Below are positions 42,494 to 56,671 of a DNA stretch of 64,000 nt, one piece after another. Origin of the DNA: Octopus vulgaris (taxonomy: Eukaryota); contig OX597815.1 in NCBI GenBank assembly GCA_951406725.2, forward strand, positions 28,334,001 to 28,398,000. The letters run 5' to 3'. Both the position numbers and the translations under genes were made by a program. The first letter of the stretch is position 1, and every line of letters starts with the position of its first letter. The notes under the pieces are model-generated. The model was not told the origin of the DNA, did not search any database, and saw only the letters and a list, made by a program, of their open reading frames with translations.

Positions 42494-42845
42494 TTTGTTT
42501 TCTTCTTTCGTATTTGTGTCTCTCCTTACTAACCGGCAGCCATTTTGTATTTCTATTGTATGTCTTCATTTGCGCATGCTTATATCTCTATGTGCGTCTA
42601 TGTTTATTTAGTGTGTGTGTGGGGGATGCCTGTAATATTTGTATCTTCTGTTTATATACATTCATGTAATTTGTATTTTGTTTTTGTTGTTGTTGCTTTT
42701 GTTCTAATTTTGTTCATGTGTTTACATCCACCCATTATTATCATTACATATGCTTGTATGTATGTATGTATAACAACAATATTAGTAATAATAATAATAA
42801 ATCTAATCAAAAAAAAAATATATATATATACACATACATATACAC

Positions 42846-42897
<52 letters not shown>

Positions 42898-42999
42898 ATA
42901 TATATATATACATACATACATATATACATAGATATATATACATATATATAGTTATTCATTTCTATTTGTTTATTTATCTGTGTATTTATTATGTTTTCG

Positions 43000-43495
43000 G
43001 GATCCTCTATCGTCATATGTTGTGGTGTGTGCTATTGCTCCATTCTAGTTTTCTATTCAGGCTAGGTTTATTTTCTATTATATGTGTAGCTTCTGTAATT
43101 TGTCTAATTGTTGCATCTGTTCTATGTGTGGACAATATCTTAATCTCTATGTTATTGATTGATCCCCCGTGTTCCTGTTCGGCGTGTTGGTACAGAATCG
43201 ATGAGGTTTTACCTTCCTTGAGTTGTCTCCAATGTTCATTCACCCGCTCTCCTATGCTTCTTGCTGTTTCTCCTACGTATGTTATTGTCTTGTTACTGCA
43301 TCGTCCCTCTATACATCTTATACTATAGACTACATTTCTGGCTTTACAGTTTGTTTGTGGGCTAAATCTACATACAGTGCAATACTTATCCGTACAGGGG
43401 GTTCTACTAAAAGGATAGGTTCTACCAATTATAGATTTGATAGGGTTGCCTGGCTTTTCAACAACCTTAATTCTTAGTTTAAGTTTATCTAGGGT

Positions 43496-43497
<2 letters not shown>
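43000..43497 (-). mobile_element. Penelope-like GIY-YIG fragment between (TA)n arrays
   Basis: [16 protein letters not shown]...[22 protein letters not shown]. Confidence 0.8.
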
Positions 43498-43569
<72 letters not shown>

Positions 43570-44494
43570 GAACCCTCGAGTGTTTCTTTATTACAATTGT
43601 AAATATTTGTCTTTTGGGATTAAAAATACGGAATGTTTGATAATGTTAGTCTTTAATGTGTTTAATGGGTGTGCGTTGGCATTTATGGATAGGGTTAAGT
43701 TGTCACCTCTGCATAATGTACTCCGTTATGGTCATCAGATAAATCTAAGTTAAGAGAGTGTTTATCAGTGTTGCGTTTCGTCGCCGGCTTCAAATGTTGT
43801 CAGGCGTACCAGATGAGCCTTGTGCACCTACGAAACATGTTAAATTCATCATAAATATGAAGCTCACACAAAATAAACCTGGATGGAGAAATAATTTTTC
43901 TGATCTCTGTTAGGAAATATAGTAGCAGTTTGATTTTTCATATGATATTAATGAATACTCCACTGCTATCTCAATCTGGGTATGTGGCAAGGTGATGAGA
44001 TATATGCATTTTCTTTCTAGCATTCCACACTCTCCCTAATTAACTGACCTTTTAAATTGTCTGCTATTCGAATTCATTGACCTTTTTCCTTCTTTCTATT
44101 TTATTCAAGCCATTACTTTTATATAAGACTTACTCTTATTCGCTTTCGTTCTCCACATTAATAAATATTGTGGTTTGTGGTGAAGAGCTGTATAGTGGAA
44201 ATTTATAAACTGAAACTGATCTTTTAAAGGAATAGTTTTGCTCTTGCAGTATCATTATGAAATATAGCTGTAATTCTTTTCAAGCTTAATAATACATACT
44301 TAGAAACAAGGAATAAGCAAGAGCGATGTAACCTAAAGTTTGTTTGTTTAATTTTATGATAATATTTATGCCGAATTAATTCGTTCAGCGCGATAAGCAC
44401 AGGCACACTTTGATAACGACCATCGTATGCAACACAACACAGATTGTGTTACCCTGCAATTTTTGTTTACATTTCAGAAGTTAGTCATCTTTTA

Positions 44495-45650
44495 GTCATG
44501 TATCATGACTTCCAGGAAGTGTAATAATCTACTGAAAAAGCACGTGACTCTATCCATCAACAAAGAACTGAAACTTATAGGGAAGTTAGAAGATTGTGTT
44601 TTGCTGGCAAATGTTTGTGAAAAGTATAATGTTAGAAATTCTAATATTTTCTGCTAGATGCAAAGCTAAGGACAAGCGCATTGCATTTTCTTTGAATTAT
44701 AATGTTGGTGTAAATTATAAACCATCATCTATTAGAGCAAGGGTGTGTTTGAAAGTTGCAAAAGGTACAGACCTTGTGTAATCAGTGACAAATTGGTTTA
44801 TCCATCACGGATCATGTAGCAACGCCAGATGTATTGAAATTCTGTATGGTTGCCAAGTTACTGGGCGTGTGAGCATCAAGAATTTCGAAGATAGTTACGG
44901 ATGGTTAAAGCAATTTAGAAATTGCCAGAGGATGAGTAATAAAATTACCTATGGTGAAACAGGTAACGAACCAACCAAGGAAATCGACCCATTCAGGAAG
45001 AGGGTAAATAATTTTATTGAGTATAAAGGTTTCCTAATTTTCCAAGTGAACAATGGAAATGAAACCAGAATGCCGACGTTTTTGAGAATGAAACATCTTT
45101 ACCTGCTCGTAAATTTAGTAATGAACGTATTACTTCGCTGCATCGTGTTACTCGAACTTAACATCATGCAGCTCTTAAAGTTAGTGGTAGTGTTGAGGTC
45201 AGTACATCTGCGAATTTTGAAAGACAATATTTTATTTCACGCCTTTCATTCCTTCAGTACGTAAATACTAGATATTCACAAACTTTCTGATAATGAAATG
45301 AAGGTGAGGGCTTCTTATTTTGCACAACGCACCAGCTCACCTCGATGCTCGTCAACTTGTCAGTAATGGTAGTAAAATAAGATGCATGTTCTTGTCACCC
45401 AGTGTTACCTTCGGGATCCCGCTCATGGATCAAAGTATAATTCAAGTCTGCAAGAGGTTATACCTCCTAGAATGATATACGTGGATAAAGAACTCTCGGT
45501 AACATCAACAACTACAACTCAAGTCTATAATGTTCAATTTATCAGCTTCATAGAAGGCACTGAAGATAGCCATTGCGGCCAATGCTTAAAACAAAGCTTC
45601 TGTGTGATGTGGAAGTGGTATAATTAAAGGATTCAAAGCTAGGGATTTTC
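44495..45650 (+). pseudogene. Decayed Tigger/Jerky-like (pogo) transposase
   Basis: CENP-B-like start KHVTLSINKELKLI, SYGWLKQFR..GE motif; many frameshifts. Confidence 0.65.
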
Positions 45651-45676
45651 ATAGGATACTGCAGGGAAGATGAAAC

Positions 45677-47945
45677 TGTAAGAGATCCGAACCATAACTG
45701 CTAGATACTTGGTCAGATGCCATGAGTGAGCCACCACAGTTTCATGTGATTAATCACGCTGATCGACCAATCGGCCTGAGGCTGAGGCGTGATATAGTTT
45801 CCTCGAATGTTCTAAAATTTGACTTCTTGTCCTCTATGAAAGCCGTTTTTTGGTGCTTAATTAATCACAGAATGTCGAAAGCAACTGACTGATATATGTG
45901 CCTCCTCTCTTGCCATGCAGACGGTTCTGGACATTTGCGCAGACAACTTCAGGTTCTCGAGCTGACCCATTCTGGACATTCACATATCTAATAAGTAACT
46001 TCTACAGACGCAGTACAGTTTTTCTCTCTATCTCATTTGTCAATTATTGATATTGTTCATTGTAAATAGCTAACACCAAATTTCATTATGATCGGCTATG
46101 AATATCAAGTTAAATGCCTGCTTGTCACTTAAGTTATTCTACCCGCCGCTTTCTTCTAACAGAGGTCCAGCGATGGTACATTTCTCCACAACACAAGCAG
46201 CAAGCAAATCTATGCAACGTTGGTGACCTCTGACGTTCATCTTCACTTCATGACATTGGTGACCCTAGACAAAAAAAAAAGCCAGTAAAATCACGAAATT
46301 GGTGACGACCGATGTTTCTCTTCTCGACATTTGGTGATGTTCGACTCAAGAAAAGGCCAGCAAAAGCCACAACAATAGTGACCCGACTTATTAATCCCAT
46401 GAAAATCCACTCATCATCACCACCAACAACAGCAGCTCATAATTTTACCACCACTGCAACCCCTACCTTTCTAAGAAATGAAGCTATAAGTCTGTTAACG
46501 TGACTATTTTTAACACCGAAGAAATTCTCGTCTTCCTTTAAATGCATGATTTCGGGGCTAATTTTATCCAGAACGTTCCTGAGTTCGCAGTTGCAACCGG
46601 TATTTAATTTTTTCATATCCTTTTCATTTGAGTGATTCCAAATCATTTGCGCTTAAATGTAGCAACTTCACACGGTATTATAAATATTTCCTCTTTCAGT
46701 ACTGTAATGCGGATACTTATCCTCTTACTTTCATCTTTTCCTTTTCCTCTGAACTGGGGATTTTTCGTAAGATGACTGAAAACAAAATTCAGACGCTGAC
46801 AGACTCACGCAATGACAATGATTTCGATTCTGTGTGCTCAAAATCTCATGGCCAAAGGACATTAAGAAACCGTTCATTCAGTCCTCATGGAAGACACACA
46901 ACAGTTTTGTCGTATTGCGACCGTTTTGGTACTAATTCACACAAATGCACTCAGCTATGTTCTTTCAAGTTAGTTGCTCAAACGCGCGAAAACAGCAGCT
47001 TATTTGTTAATAAAGTACTTATGCCATTTCTTGGAAGGAAAAACGTTCACCATGTATGCTGATCTTCAACCGTTAACCCACGCAATATAATCCAACACAG
47101 GTAAACGTTACCCAAAAGACAGAAAACACCTTGATTATATTCTAGCTTACTGCTGATATACGTTATATCAAGGGAGCTGAAAATTCCTGTGGCAGAAGCA
47201 GTATCCCTTTCTCATATTAATGCTTTGCATTCTGGATACACTCAGACTCCCTTTTTTTCTACACAAAAAATGCTTTTCTCAGTCCTCTGCCCCTGCAAAA
47301 AAAAAAGGAGAAAATAATGAAACAAAACTGCAGAACGATGAACATTTTACGAACCTCCCATTGTTACATAGATATTTTTTAGCGTCTATTCTGTAGAGTA
47401 CGTTTTTCTTTTTCTTGTTCTTTTTGCATTTGTATTGATCTGTTGTATTCCTATATAAATTCTCTGTTTTATTATTAGAAATTTGAGGGGATTCGAACCC
47501 TAACCGCTAGATACTCGGTCAGACACCACGAGTGAGCCACCATAGTTTCACGTGATCGGTCTATAAATTGACCAATCAGCATGAGACTGTGGCGTGATAT
47601 GGTTTTCTCGGACGTTCTAAAATCTGACTTTCTGTTCCCTATAAAAACCGTTTTCAGCACTCAATCAATCACAGAGTAGTTGACTGACTCACGCATCTCC
47701 ACTCTTGCCATGCAAACGGTTCAGAACATTTGTGCAGACAACTCCAGGTTCTCAGACAGGTCCATTCTGAACATTCACACAATATCAAATAAGTAACTTA
47801 AACGGACACAGTACGGTTTTTCTCTCTATCTTATTCGCCCATTACTAATATTGTTCATTGTAAATAGCCAACACCAAATATCATTATGTCCAAGAATAAA
47901 TATCAAGTTAAATGCCTGCTTGTTGCTTAAGTTATGACCCACGCA
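45677..47945 (+). mobile_element. Internally deleted Gypsy-like LTR element
   Basis: Direct repeats at ~45677-46150 and ~47483-47945; TTGGTGACC PBS-like motifs; RNase H end HLDYI...ADIRYIKGAEN..VAEA at ~47120-47205. Confidence 0.7.
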
Positions 47946-48159
47946 GCCAACGAAATAAAATCTTCATTGACCAGCTTAACGCAAGTAACAAGCCGACCTC
48001 GCGACAAAACAGATGCCAGAGAAAATTATGTCAGAGCCTGGTTATAAAACATAGGGTGAACCTTCTTCTTCTTCTTCTTCTTCTTCTTCTTCTTCTTCTT
48101 CTTCTTCTTCTTCTTCTTCTTCTTCTTCTTCTTCGTCTTCTTGTGTTCGAAGACTTTCC

Positions 48160-50713
48160 CTATATATGGAAAAAAAGTCAAGATAGAAAATGCTAAAATA
48201 ATTTTATAAAAAACATTTCAGTACTGGTTTCAATCATTGAGACTTTTTCAACTATAAGCATGGAAAACAATTTAATTTGGGAAAAATTAAAAGAAAAGTT
48301 TTTTAAAAGAATATTTGCATAGTGTTCAAATACAAGTGGCATTTTCATTGTTTCTGCCTGTTTCTCTCTCACTTGTTTACTCTTGTGGGTTCGAGGTCGT
48401 TGTGAATTCTTGGTAGGGAAGAAGAAGAAAAAATAAAAGAATGTGGGAGTGCTATGACAGTAGTATGTTAAATGGTTAACTGCTCCGAAAGTGACCCGCT
48501 GTGGATGGTAGTAGTAATTGTTGAATTCTTGAAACATCTCTTTTGCATGTTCTGTTTATAAAATTTGCGTAGGTGTTATTCTAAACAGCAATAGTGGTAA
48601 AGTTAGGAAGGAGGAGGAAAATACAAAGAAGAAGAAGAAAAGGGAGAATAAGAAGGAATGTAGGTAGTATGAAAGTAGTAAAGTGTTAAATGGTCAAGTG
48701 ACCTGAAACTGACTCGTTATGGATTATAGCAGTGATTGGGACTGTTTTTTTAATGAATTCTTGGGAATCTCTTGAGTGTATCATTTTTAATATTTGCGTG
48801 AGTATTTGTGTTGTTCTAAGGCCGTGGTGGATATGTCGTTTTTTGTAGATGCGTTCAAAAGGGGTCTGTATTTTGTAATAAAGAGAGTCTCTTTACTAAT
48901 TCTTTGTCTCCAGGTTGTATCGTCCCTGAATTGGTAGAGGGGAAATTTTCTGAAGCTTGGCTATTCGTTATTGGCACGAATGTCTATGTGTTGGCTGAAT
49001 GCTGTTTTTCTGTTTTGGGGAATTTTGATGTGGGATCTGTGCAGGGCCATTCTTTTACATAGACTGTTTTTTGTTTGGCCTATGTATTGCTCTTAACACC
49101 CAGAGCAGGTTAGTGCGTATATCAGGTTCTCTGACGCACATATGAAACGTTGTCCCTGTTTGAAGGAGAACTCTGATCCCTCAATTAAATTGACACATAT
49201 CCCACAGTTGGGTCTTCTGCATTTTTTCACTGACGGCTTCTGTGTTGTTGTTGAGAGTATTCGGGCTTGTGTTAGGAGACTTTTCATAGATTTGGACTGC
49301 CTCTTGCTTTTTATGATGGTGTGTGTTTGGAGGATTGAGCTTATTCTGTAGTCCCTTTTTAGCAGAGATATGTTTTGGAGGATGGTGTCGAAGGCTTAAT
49401 TGTTGAGAGGGTTGTAAATCTTTCTTAATTTGGGATGTCTGAGCTCCTGGATGTTGAGTTGAAGGGCATGTTGAAAGCATATGTCAATTAGTGAAGGTGG
49501 GTAGTTCCTGGTGATGAGTGTATCCTTTAGTTAATGTAGTCGTGTGTCTCTGGTGTTTGCATTGGAAACTATAGTACATATCCTTTTTACTAGGTTGAAG
49601 GGAATATTCATTCTGATGTGGCATGAATTGAAGGGTTGATATTGCTTGGTGTCCGTAGGCTTATAGTATATATCTGTTTCTATTACGTTGTTAGATTTCT
49701 TAATGAGGATATCGAGGAAGGGAAGTTGTTGCTGGCTAAATTCCATCGTGAATTGAATGTCTACGTCAAGTCCATTTAAAAGTGCTTGGAATTCTTTAAG
49801 TCTCTCTATACTCTCATGCCAAAGAACGAAACAGTCATCCAGGTATCTCTTCCAGTTATTTTCTATGTAGAGGGAGAATGGGCTGCCGTATTTTTCGATA
49901 ACCTTACGATAAAGACTAATTTCTAGATATCCCATGACTAGGTTAGCAAAGGAGGAGGCCATTCTCGTACCCATCGCAGTCACCGATTTTTGTCGGTAGA
50001 AGTTGTCTTTGAAGACAAAGTAGTTATTTTCCAGGATGAATTTTAGCCCTTCTATCACGAATTCTTTTTTGATGTGATGTGGGAGTTCGTTGACATAATT
50101 CTCCTAGCAAGAATTGAATTGCCTCTATTCCTAGGTTGTGGGGGATATTGGAATATCGAAGGATACTACATCAAAGGATACTACTAGGGGGTTTTTGTTT
50201 ATTGTTTTAGGAAGGTGATTGACCATATCCAGGTCTTCCCTTATATAGCTTTTGACATGCTTGAGGAATGGTTTTAAGAGGGTATCTAAAAAGTTACTGA
50301 GGCGGATGGGTTTCGCATGTGGGACTTGCTATTATAGGTCTCAATTTGAGGTCATTAGGAGTAGGGACTTTGATTATTATGTCTGTGGCTATCTTGCATG
50401 CATTACTTATTTTCTCACTTTTGTGTATCTTGGGAATACAGTAGAATTGACTGGTTTTACTTTTGAAATTTGACATATAGTCATATTCTTTGTCGGTGAG
50501 CCCTTCTTTGTATAGGTTTAACATGGATTTTAGGTCTCTCATTATTTGCTGCTGACTGTAGTGCTGGGCCTTTTCATAATATGTTGTGTCTTCCAATATG
50601 GATAGTACTAGAGTTATATAGAATACTGTGTCCATTAAGACAGCTGCACCCCCTTTATCAGCCTCTTTGATAGTTATTGTTTTGGCCTCATATAATGGTG
50701 TGTAAGTATTCAA
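48160..50713 (-). mobile_element. Penelope-like element (RT plus GIY-YIG), disrupted, with 3' terminal repeats
   Basis: IKEADKG, FYCIPKIHK, LRPII, TAMGT..SFANL, RYLDDCF, DIYYKPT, CGIC...NLIYALTC...YIGQT; duplicated 3' blocks at ~48430-48580 and ~48640-48820. Confidence 0.93.
48219..48254 (-). ncRNA. Minimal hammerhead, U3-A8 variant, in the PLE 3' terminus
   Basis: uag-UUGAAAA-AGUC ucaau GAUU-GAAA-CCAG-UA-cug. Confidence 0.62.
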
Positions 50714-51209
50714 GTTTGCATGTATCTATTCCAAGGTTCATAGCAACAATTATCAATGAGAAATTACAAGGCTTAAAATATTCATCTTACTCACTATATT
50801 TATAACAATAAAGATAAAAGTCAGGTAAGTGTCTGCAAGCAAATTATCAGATATACAAAGACGCAGTGCACATGAAAAATTTATTAGACTCAACACCATG
50901 ACTGATGCTTGCCAGATAAGTATTGTTTTATTATTTATTCCTCGTTTTAAATGTCACTTTTTAGAAATAAGTTATAGCAAGCATCAAGTTGGCACTGTTT
51001 ACTCTCCATTAAGTGCTATTATTATTAAAACTATGAACAGCAGCCAAAAGTAGAAGGTTCTAAAACAAAACTTTCGTTTGCTGATGCAGTATCATTTTTG
51101 GCTGAATTTGGGGCTTCACTTCTTTTTTTCCTGTGTATAATTGCTAGTTATGGTCAGTCAGAAAGTTACCATTCGTTTCATGTACATCATGTTCTTAGTA
51201 TATATCTTT

Positions 51210-51590
51210 TAATCTTTTACTTGTTTCAGTCATTAGACTGCAGCCATGCTGAGGCACCACCTTGAAGAATTTTTAGTTGAATGAATCGACTCCTGTATTT
51301 TGTTCTTTTTTTAAAGCTTGGTACTTATGCTATTGGACTCCTTTGCCAATCCACTAAGTCATGGAAACATAAGCATGCCAAAATCAATTGTCTAGTGGTG
51401 GCAGGGGGACAAACACACACAAATATATGATGTGCTTTTGTCAGTTTCTTTCTTCCAATTCCACTGACAAAGTTTTGGTTGGCATGAGACTTTAGTGGAA
51501 GACACTTGCCCAAGGTACCACGCTGTAGGACTGAACTCAGAGCCATGTGGTTGGGATGCAAACTTCTTACCACAGAGCCATGTCTGCACC
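51210..51590 (-). mobile_element. SINE family B (diverged)
   Basis: GACACTTGCCCAAGGT core; tail TTTTACTTGTTTCAGTC. Confidence 0.8.
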
Positions 51591-52119
51591 TGACAAACAA
51601 GCAAAGGATCCTCCAGATAGCCACCCACTTAGAATATGAAAGAAAGCAACTAAATACCATCAATTCTGCTGTCCATTACAAATGATTCTATCATATTTGA
51701 CAGTCAATTATAAACCCTGACACTTAATTTAATGTGAGTAACCATGTAGCACTTCTACAACAGGAAACATGTTCCGTTCTGGCTCCTTGTTCCATACTTT
51801 AATCTTTCAACTCCCAGCATAAACCAGCTTCCTCTCTACTGAAGCTCTTGAATAAATGAGAGAGTGAAGCCCTTCAAAGTATTGATATTTACCAGATGAT
51901 TTGACTTTCTAGATTTACAGATGGTTGCACGATCAGTGGCTCTTCTAATAAACACCCACATGTCCCAGTTAACGAGCTAAATAAATAAATATCTCAAATA
52001 GCAGCAGTCATAACTGTAAATGAAAACAGAACTGACAAACAAGCAAAAGGACACTCTAGATAGCCATCCACTTAGAATATAAAAGAAAGTAACTAAATTC
52101 TACCAATTCTGCTGTCCAC

Positions 52120-52542
52120 TCTTTACTCTTTTTTTACTCTTTTACTTGTTTCAGTCATGTGACTGTGGCCATGCTGGAGCACCGCTTTTAGTCGAGCAAA
52201 TCGACCCCAGGACTATTCTTTGTAAGCCTAGTACTTATTCTATCAGTATCTTTTGCCGAACCGCTAAGTTACGGGGACGTAAACACACCAGCATCGGTTG
52301 TCAAGCAATGTTGGGGTGGACAAACACAGACACACAAACATATACACACATACATATATATACATATTCATATATACGATGGGCTTCTTTTCAGTTTCCA
52401 TCTACCAAATCCACTCACAAGGCTTTGGTCGGCCCGAGGCTATAGTGGACGACACTTGCCCAAGGTGCCACGCCGTGGAACTGAACCCGGAACCATGTGG
52501 TTTGTAAGCAAGCTACTTACTACACAGTCATTCCTATGCCTG
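52120..52542 (-). mobile_element. SINE family B, full length
   Basis: Head, CORE, internal microsatellite and (TTTACTC)n tail. Confidence 0.88.
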
Positions 52543-53989
52543 CAAATGATTCTTTCATATTTGACAATCAATAATAAAACCTGGCTCATTAAAAAGAAAA
52601 AAAATTTGTGTTCATTAACTGGGCTGTCTGGGTAGTGGACTGAATTTGATGGGTTTTTCTCTTTAATGTTTAGATATTTTACTGCAACAGACCTTTTTTT
52701 GTTTTGCCTATTTGAGCCAATTACTTATATATAATGCAGGAATGGAATCTATTTTTCACAGTTTAAAGCATTTTAAGACTGTAATCAAGTTTTGGATTTA
52801 TTACTAAGTGAGCACTGCTTTACTCTTTCATATCATAAAAACACTAAATCATATTCTTACACATTACAAACAGATATATACATGGTTGCATTGAGATTTT
52901 GATTTAGACGGTATCAAATCACATACTGACATAGACATATGATGTAGACACTAGACATAGATATGATGTTATAGACTGCTGTATCTGATAGACATTTTGA
53001 TATGTGTTCAGCTAGACATATTGTTATAGATATTATTTGATCGGCTTATTTATACAAATGTATCACACAATCATATTGATATTAAGAACACCACTTAAAA
53101 AACACAACATGCAGTCAATCAATTTCTTTACTAATGAGTTCATAATTAGACATTAAACTTTTATAGTTTTGGGAATAGTGAATAAACAAATACATGAGAC
53201 CATTCCAATTGGAAATCAAACAGAACTCTGACAACTTTTTGCCGAAGAATCACTTCACACTGTGTCACTGACAGTTTCTTCAATAATAATGGTAACTTGC
53301 TCATGCTGGCGTAGAGCCACAAATGTGTAGTGGAGAGAGAGAGAGAGGGTATAGTGAGTTCTAGCAACAATACAGAAACAAGTGCGTTAACATTTGGTAT
53401 GTTAAAAAAATAACACTCTAACTTCAGTTCAGTAATCTTTACTAACTCCCTAAAGGTTGTGTTTGGCATAGCTAGCTGTGAGGAGAGTTATTTTCAGAAA
53501 ATTCCCAAAGATTTTCTATTCTATGTATAAAAGCAACCAAAATAAATGCTTTCTTTAGCAACCTGTCGGAGTAGATTTATCCAACAAAAAGCAACATTAT
53601 TCTCTTGTGTTCTAGTGTATTTTCAGGCATATAAGCTATATTTGAAGTATGTACAGCATTTTGGCAGCATTTGGTTTATGTTTTTTTTTCCCTCTTGAAG
53701 TATAGAAAAACAATTAAAATTTTTTAACTCTTTATATTTTTGTAAATTCTTTTATATTTGCATTCATTGTTTTATGTTAACTTGGTTTTGATAGATCTCA
53801 AAATCCATACTTTTATATGGATTGATGGGAGTAATTGCTTAATAGATAGATACATGTTCTTTAACAATTCTTATTACATTTCAGCTGAGGTCAACTTTGT
53901 CTTTCATCTCCTTAAGTTTGATGAAATTGTAGCAGAGCTTAGTGAAATTCATTCTCTCTCTCTGACATATATAATACAAATACGGACAT

Positions 53990-54950
53990 AGCAGATAACA
54001 GTTAACTTTCGGCCGCTTAGGCCCAGTTGTGTCCACTACTCTGATTGGTTGGTATTGGTGCAGTTTGTCTCTTGCTTTATTTCACGCCAGGTGTGCAACC
54101 CAACCAATCGCAGCCTTCTGATAAAGTCCCATGACACAGTCTTCTAAATTTTCTTCTGGAGCCTCTAGTTTGCTATAAAACACAGCGATTCATCGAATCG
54201 CGTGTCTTTGGTTCTAGTCCTAAGGACTAACCTCTGACCATAGAGCATCCAGCAACACACAGCCAGTTCCAGTGACAAACAGTGACTAACAACACCACCG
54301 CAGCATTTCAAGACCATTACCTTGATGTCGTTTCCACCACGGTCGCCTTCAACTTAACGATGCCAACAGCAATATCACCCAGGTTTAACTTCATGCTGTT
54401 TGTGAATACTCACCAAGGTTAACAGCTAGCTCAACCTGCAAGATCCTTCTGTACCAAATAACCCAGCACAGCATAGCAGCCACAACCTCTACACGCGTAG
54501 TAACCGACTCTGCCCCTTTTTGCCTCACCTTCTTGTACAGAACTCCAACTATTGCATTCTTACTACGAACTGGTATTTATGTTTACTTTGTGTCTGAACA
54601 TTCATCTAGTGTCCTATTGTAACCACTTTCTATGCTCTGTATTTTATCTCACATGCACCCAGACACACTCTCCTAACACACATACACATTATTGTATTCT
54701 TGACGGCCTGTCTATTATTATTATTATGTATGTACTTATGACGCACACACGTACACAGACACTCTGCTACCCACATGTTAACATCTAAATAAAACCTTTC
54801 TCTTACATTATACGGTTGTGTCGTCTTCTCCTTATTCCTCTTGACACTCTTATTCATTCATCCATATTTTGGCTTTTATTGTAAGGCGACTGTGCGGTGT
54901 TTAAAGGAGTCATTCATTCGTTACCATCTCCTTTTTACACGGTTTACAAC
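53990..54950 (+). mobile_element. Possible solo LTR or other unclassified repeat
   Basis: GC-richer island with CCAAT boxes, CTATAAAA and AATAAA; ends not defined. Confidence 0.3.
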
Positions 54951-55255
54951 TTTCTCTCAAAATTTCTGGCTTTGTAACCTAAATTAGCAACAATTATTAC
55001 CCTTCAGCTCATTCAGGTAAGTTATAAAGCTCTTGTTACTTAGTTTCAGGTCAGCCCTAATAGTGCATCCTTTTAAAGAAAAGCATTTGAGCCATGACCG
55101 TGCTAGCTTAATAATATCTTGTGTATATGTAGAACTTAATATAATACCAATGAAAGTATTTCATAATATGTAGCCAAAATTCAAAACACTTTTTTGGATC
55201 AATCTTAAATGATAAAAAAATCTTTAAAATTCCTAATTTCAATATATTTTAACAA

Positions 55256-55465
55256 AGAAGGCAGCAAGCTTGGCAGAATCATTAGCATGCTGAACAAAAT
55301 GCTTGGTAGAATTTTGTTCATTTTTATGTTCTGAGTTCAAATTCAACTGAAGTTGACTTTGCCTTTCATCATTTTGGGATTGATAAAATAAGTACCATTC
55401 AAGCACTGGAGGTGATGCAATTGACTACCTCAACACCAAACTTGTTGGCCTTGTGCCAATATTTG
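55256..55465 (+). mobile_element. SINE family A (diverged)
   Basis: Head, B-box and body. Confidence 0.75.
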
Positions 55466-55499
55466 AAATCAATATAATTTAACAAAAATGTTGCTTTTA

Positions 55500-55700
55500 T
55501 TTCGTTTTTGGATTTCGTTTGCAAGATTCTTTATTTGAGTTCGTGTGTTGAAGCATATTCTGTTGTGTCTGGGGAGAGTCATTTTCTTTTTGTGCCTTAT
55601 AATGTAACACACTCACCGGTAAAATCTCCACTTATTTCTTTTTTTTATTTTCCTAAAATTTTTGCTGCGTCTTGCAACCTATTCAATAGTCTTGACTCTG
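55500..55700 (-). repeat. Single copy of the unit forming the 6208-6559 palindrome
   Basis: Close match to the 6362-6559 arm in reverse complement. Confidence 0.85.
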
Positions 55701-56126
55701 TCCGTTATTTACACTGCGTTCCTTTTTGTTTGTTTGTGCGCATGTGTGTGGGTCAGTGTGTGTTTGTGTACCTATGCATGCATGCATGTACATATGTATG
55801 TGTGTATGTATGTATGCATGCATGTACATATGTACACATGCATACATACAAACACACATATGTCAATTTTCTATAGCATTATCATCATCATTATTTAATG
55901 CCGACTTTTCCATGCTTGCATAGGCCAGACCGAATTTGTTTAGACAGATTTTCAGTGGATAGATACCCATCCTGTCAACAACATTCACCCAATTTCCAAG
56001 GAGGAGAATATTTTTCCATTGCTAGACATGTTTTACATCGAAGACTGGAAACAAAAAAACCTCACTTGTATGACAATGATGCTCATTTACAATCACCACA
56101 TGTTGTCTTGACAAAGGTACATGCAA

Positions 56127-56161
<35 letters not shown>

Positions 56162-56671
56162 ATGGGCTTCTTTCTGACTCCATCTACAATATCTACTCCC
56201 TTCAACCCTATTCAATCGTTATAGGTGTTGCCTACTCCCTGACCCTTCCATATACTCTTGCAAATCTCCACCCTTTCCTTGCACCTTTGTCACCTTGTAC
56301 CTTGAGGTGTCACCTGGACACTTCATCACCACTAGTTATCTCTTAGCAGCTACTACTAATTTATATTTAACTCCCTCCTAAATCCAAGTACCCATGTAGT
56401 TCCCCTATAACAAGAACCTGTTCTACTCCACCCTCTTCTTTCATACCACATCTGCTACCATAAAACCTCTCCCCTCGGATTTTATAGGCTTGCAAACTGC
56501 ATGGTTACTTCCCTAGTGCTAGTGGCATGAGAAACGCACCCAGTACACACTATAAAGTGTTTGGTGTTAGGAAGAGCATCCTGCTATCAAAACCATCCTA
56601 AGCAGATACTGGCATATGATGTAGCCCTTGGACCCTTCAGAGCTTGTCAAATCCTCCATATATGTATATAT

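Noticed and set aside
43760-43845. Two hammerhead-like remnants (CAGATGAG...CGAAACATGTT and the opposite strand)
   Set aside because: Core or stem II is broken; too degenerate to call
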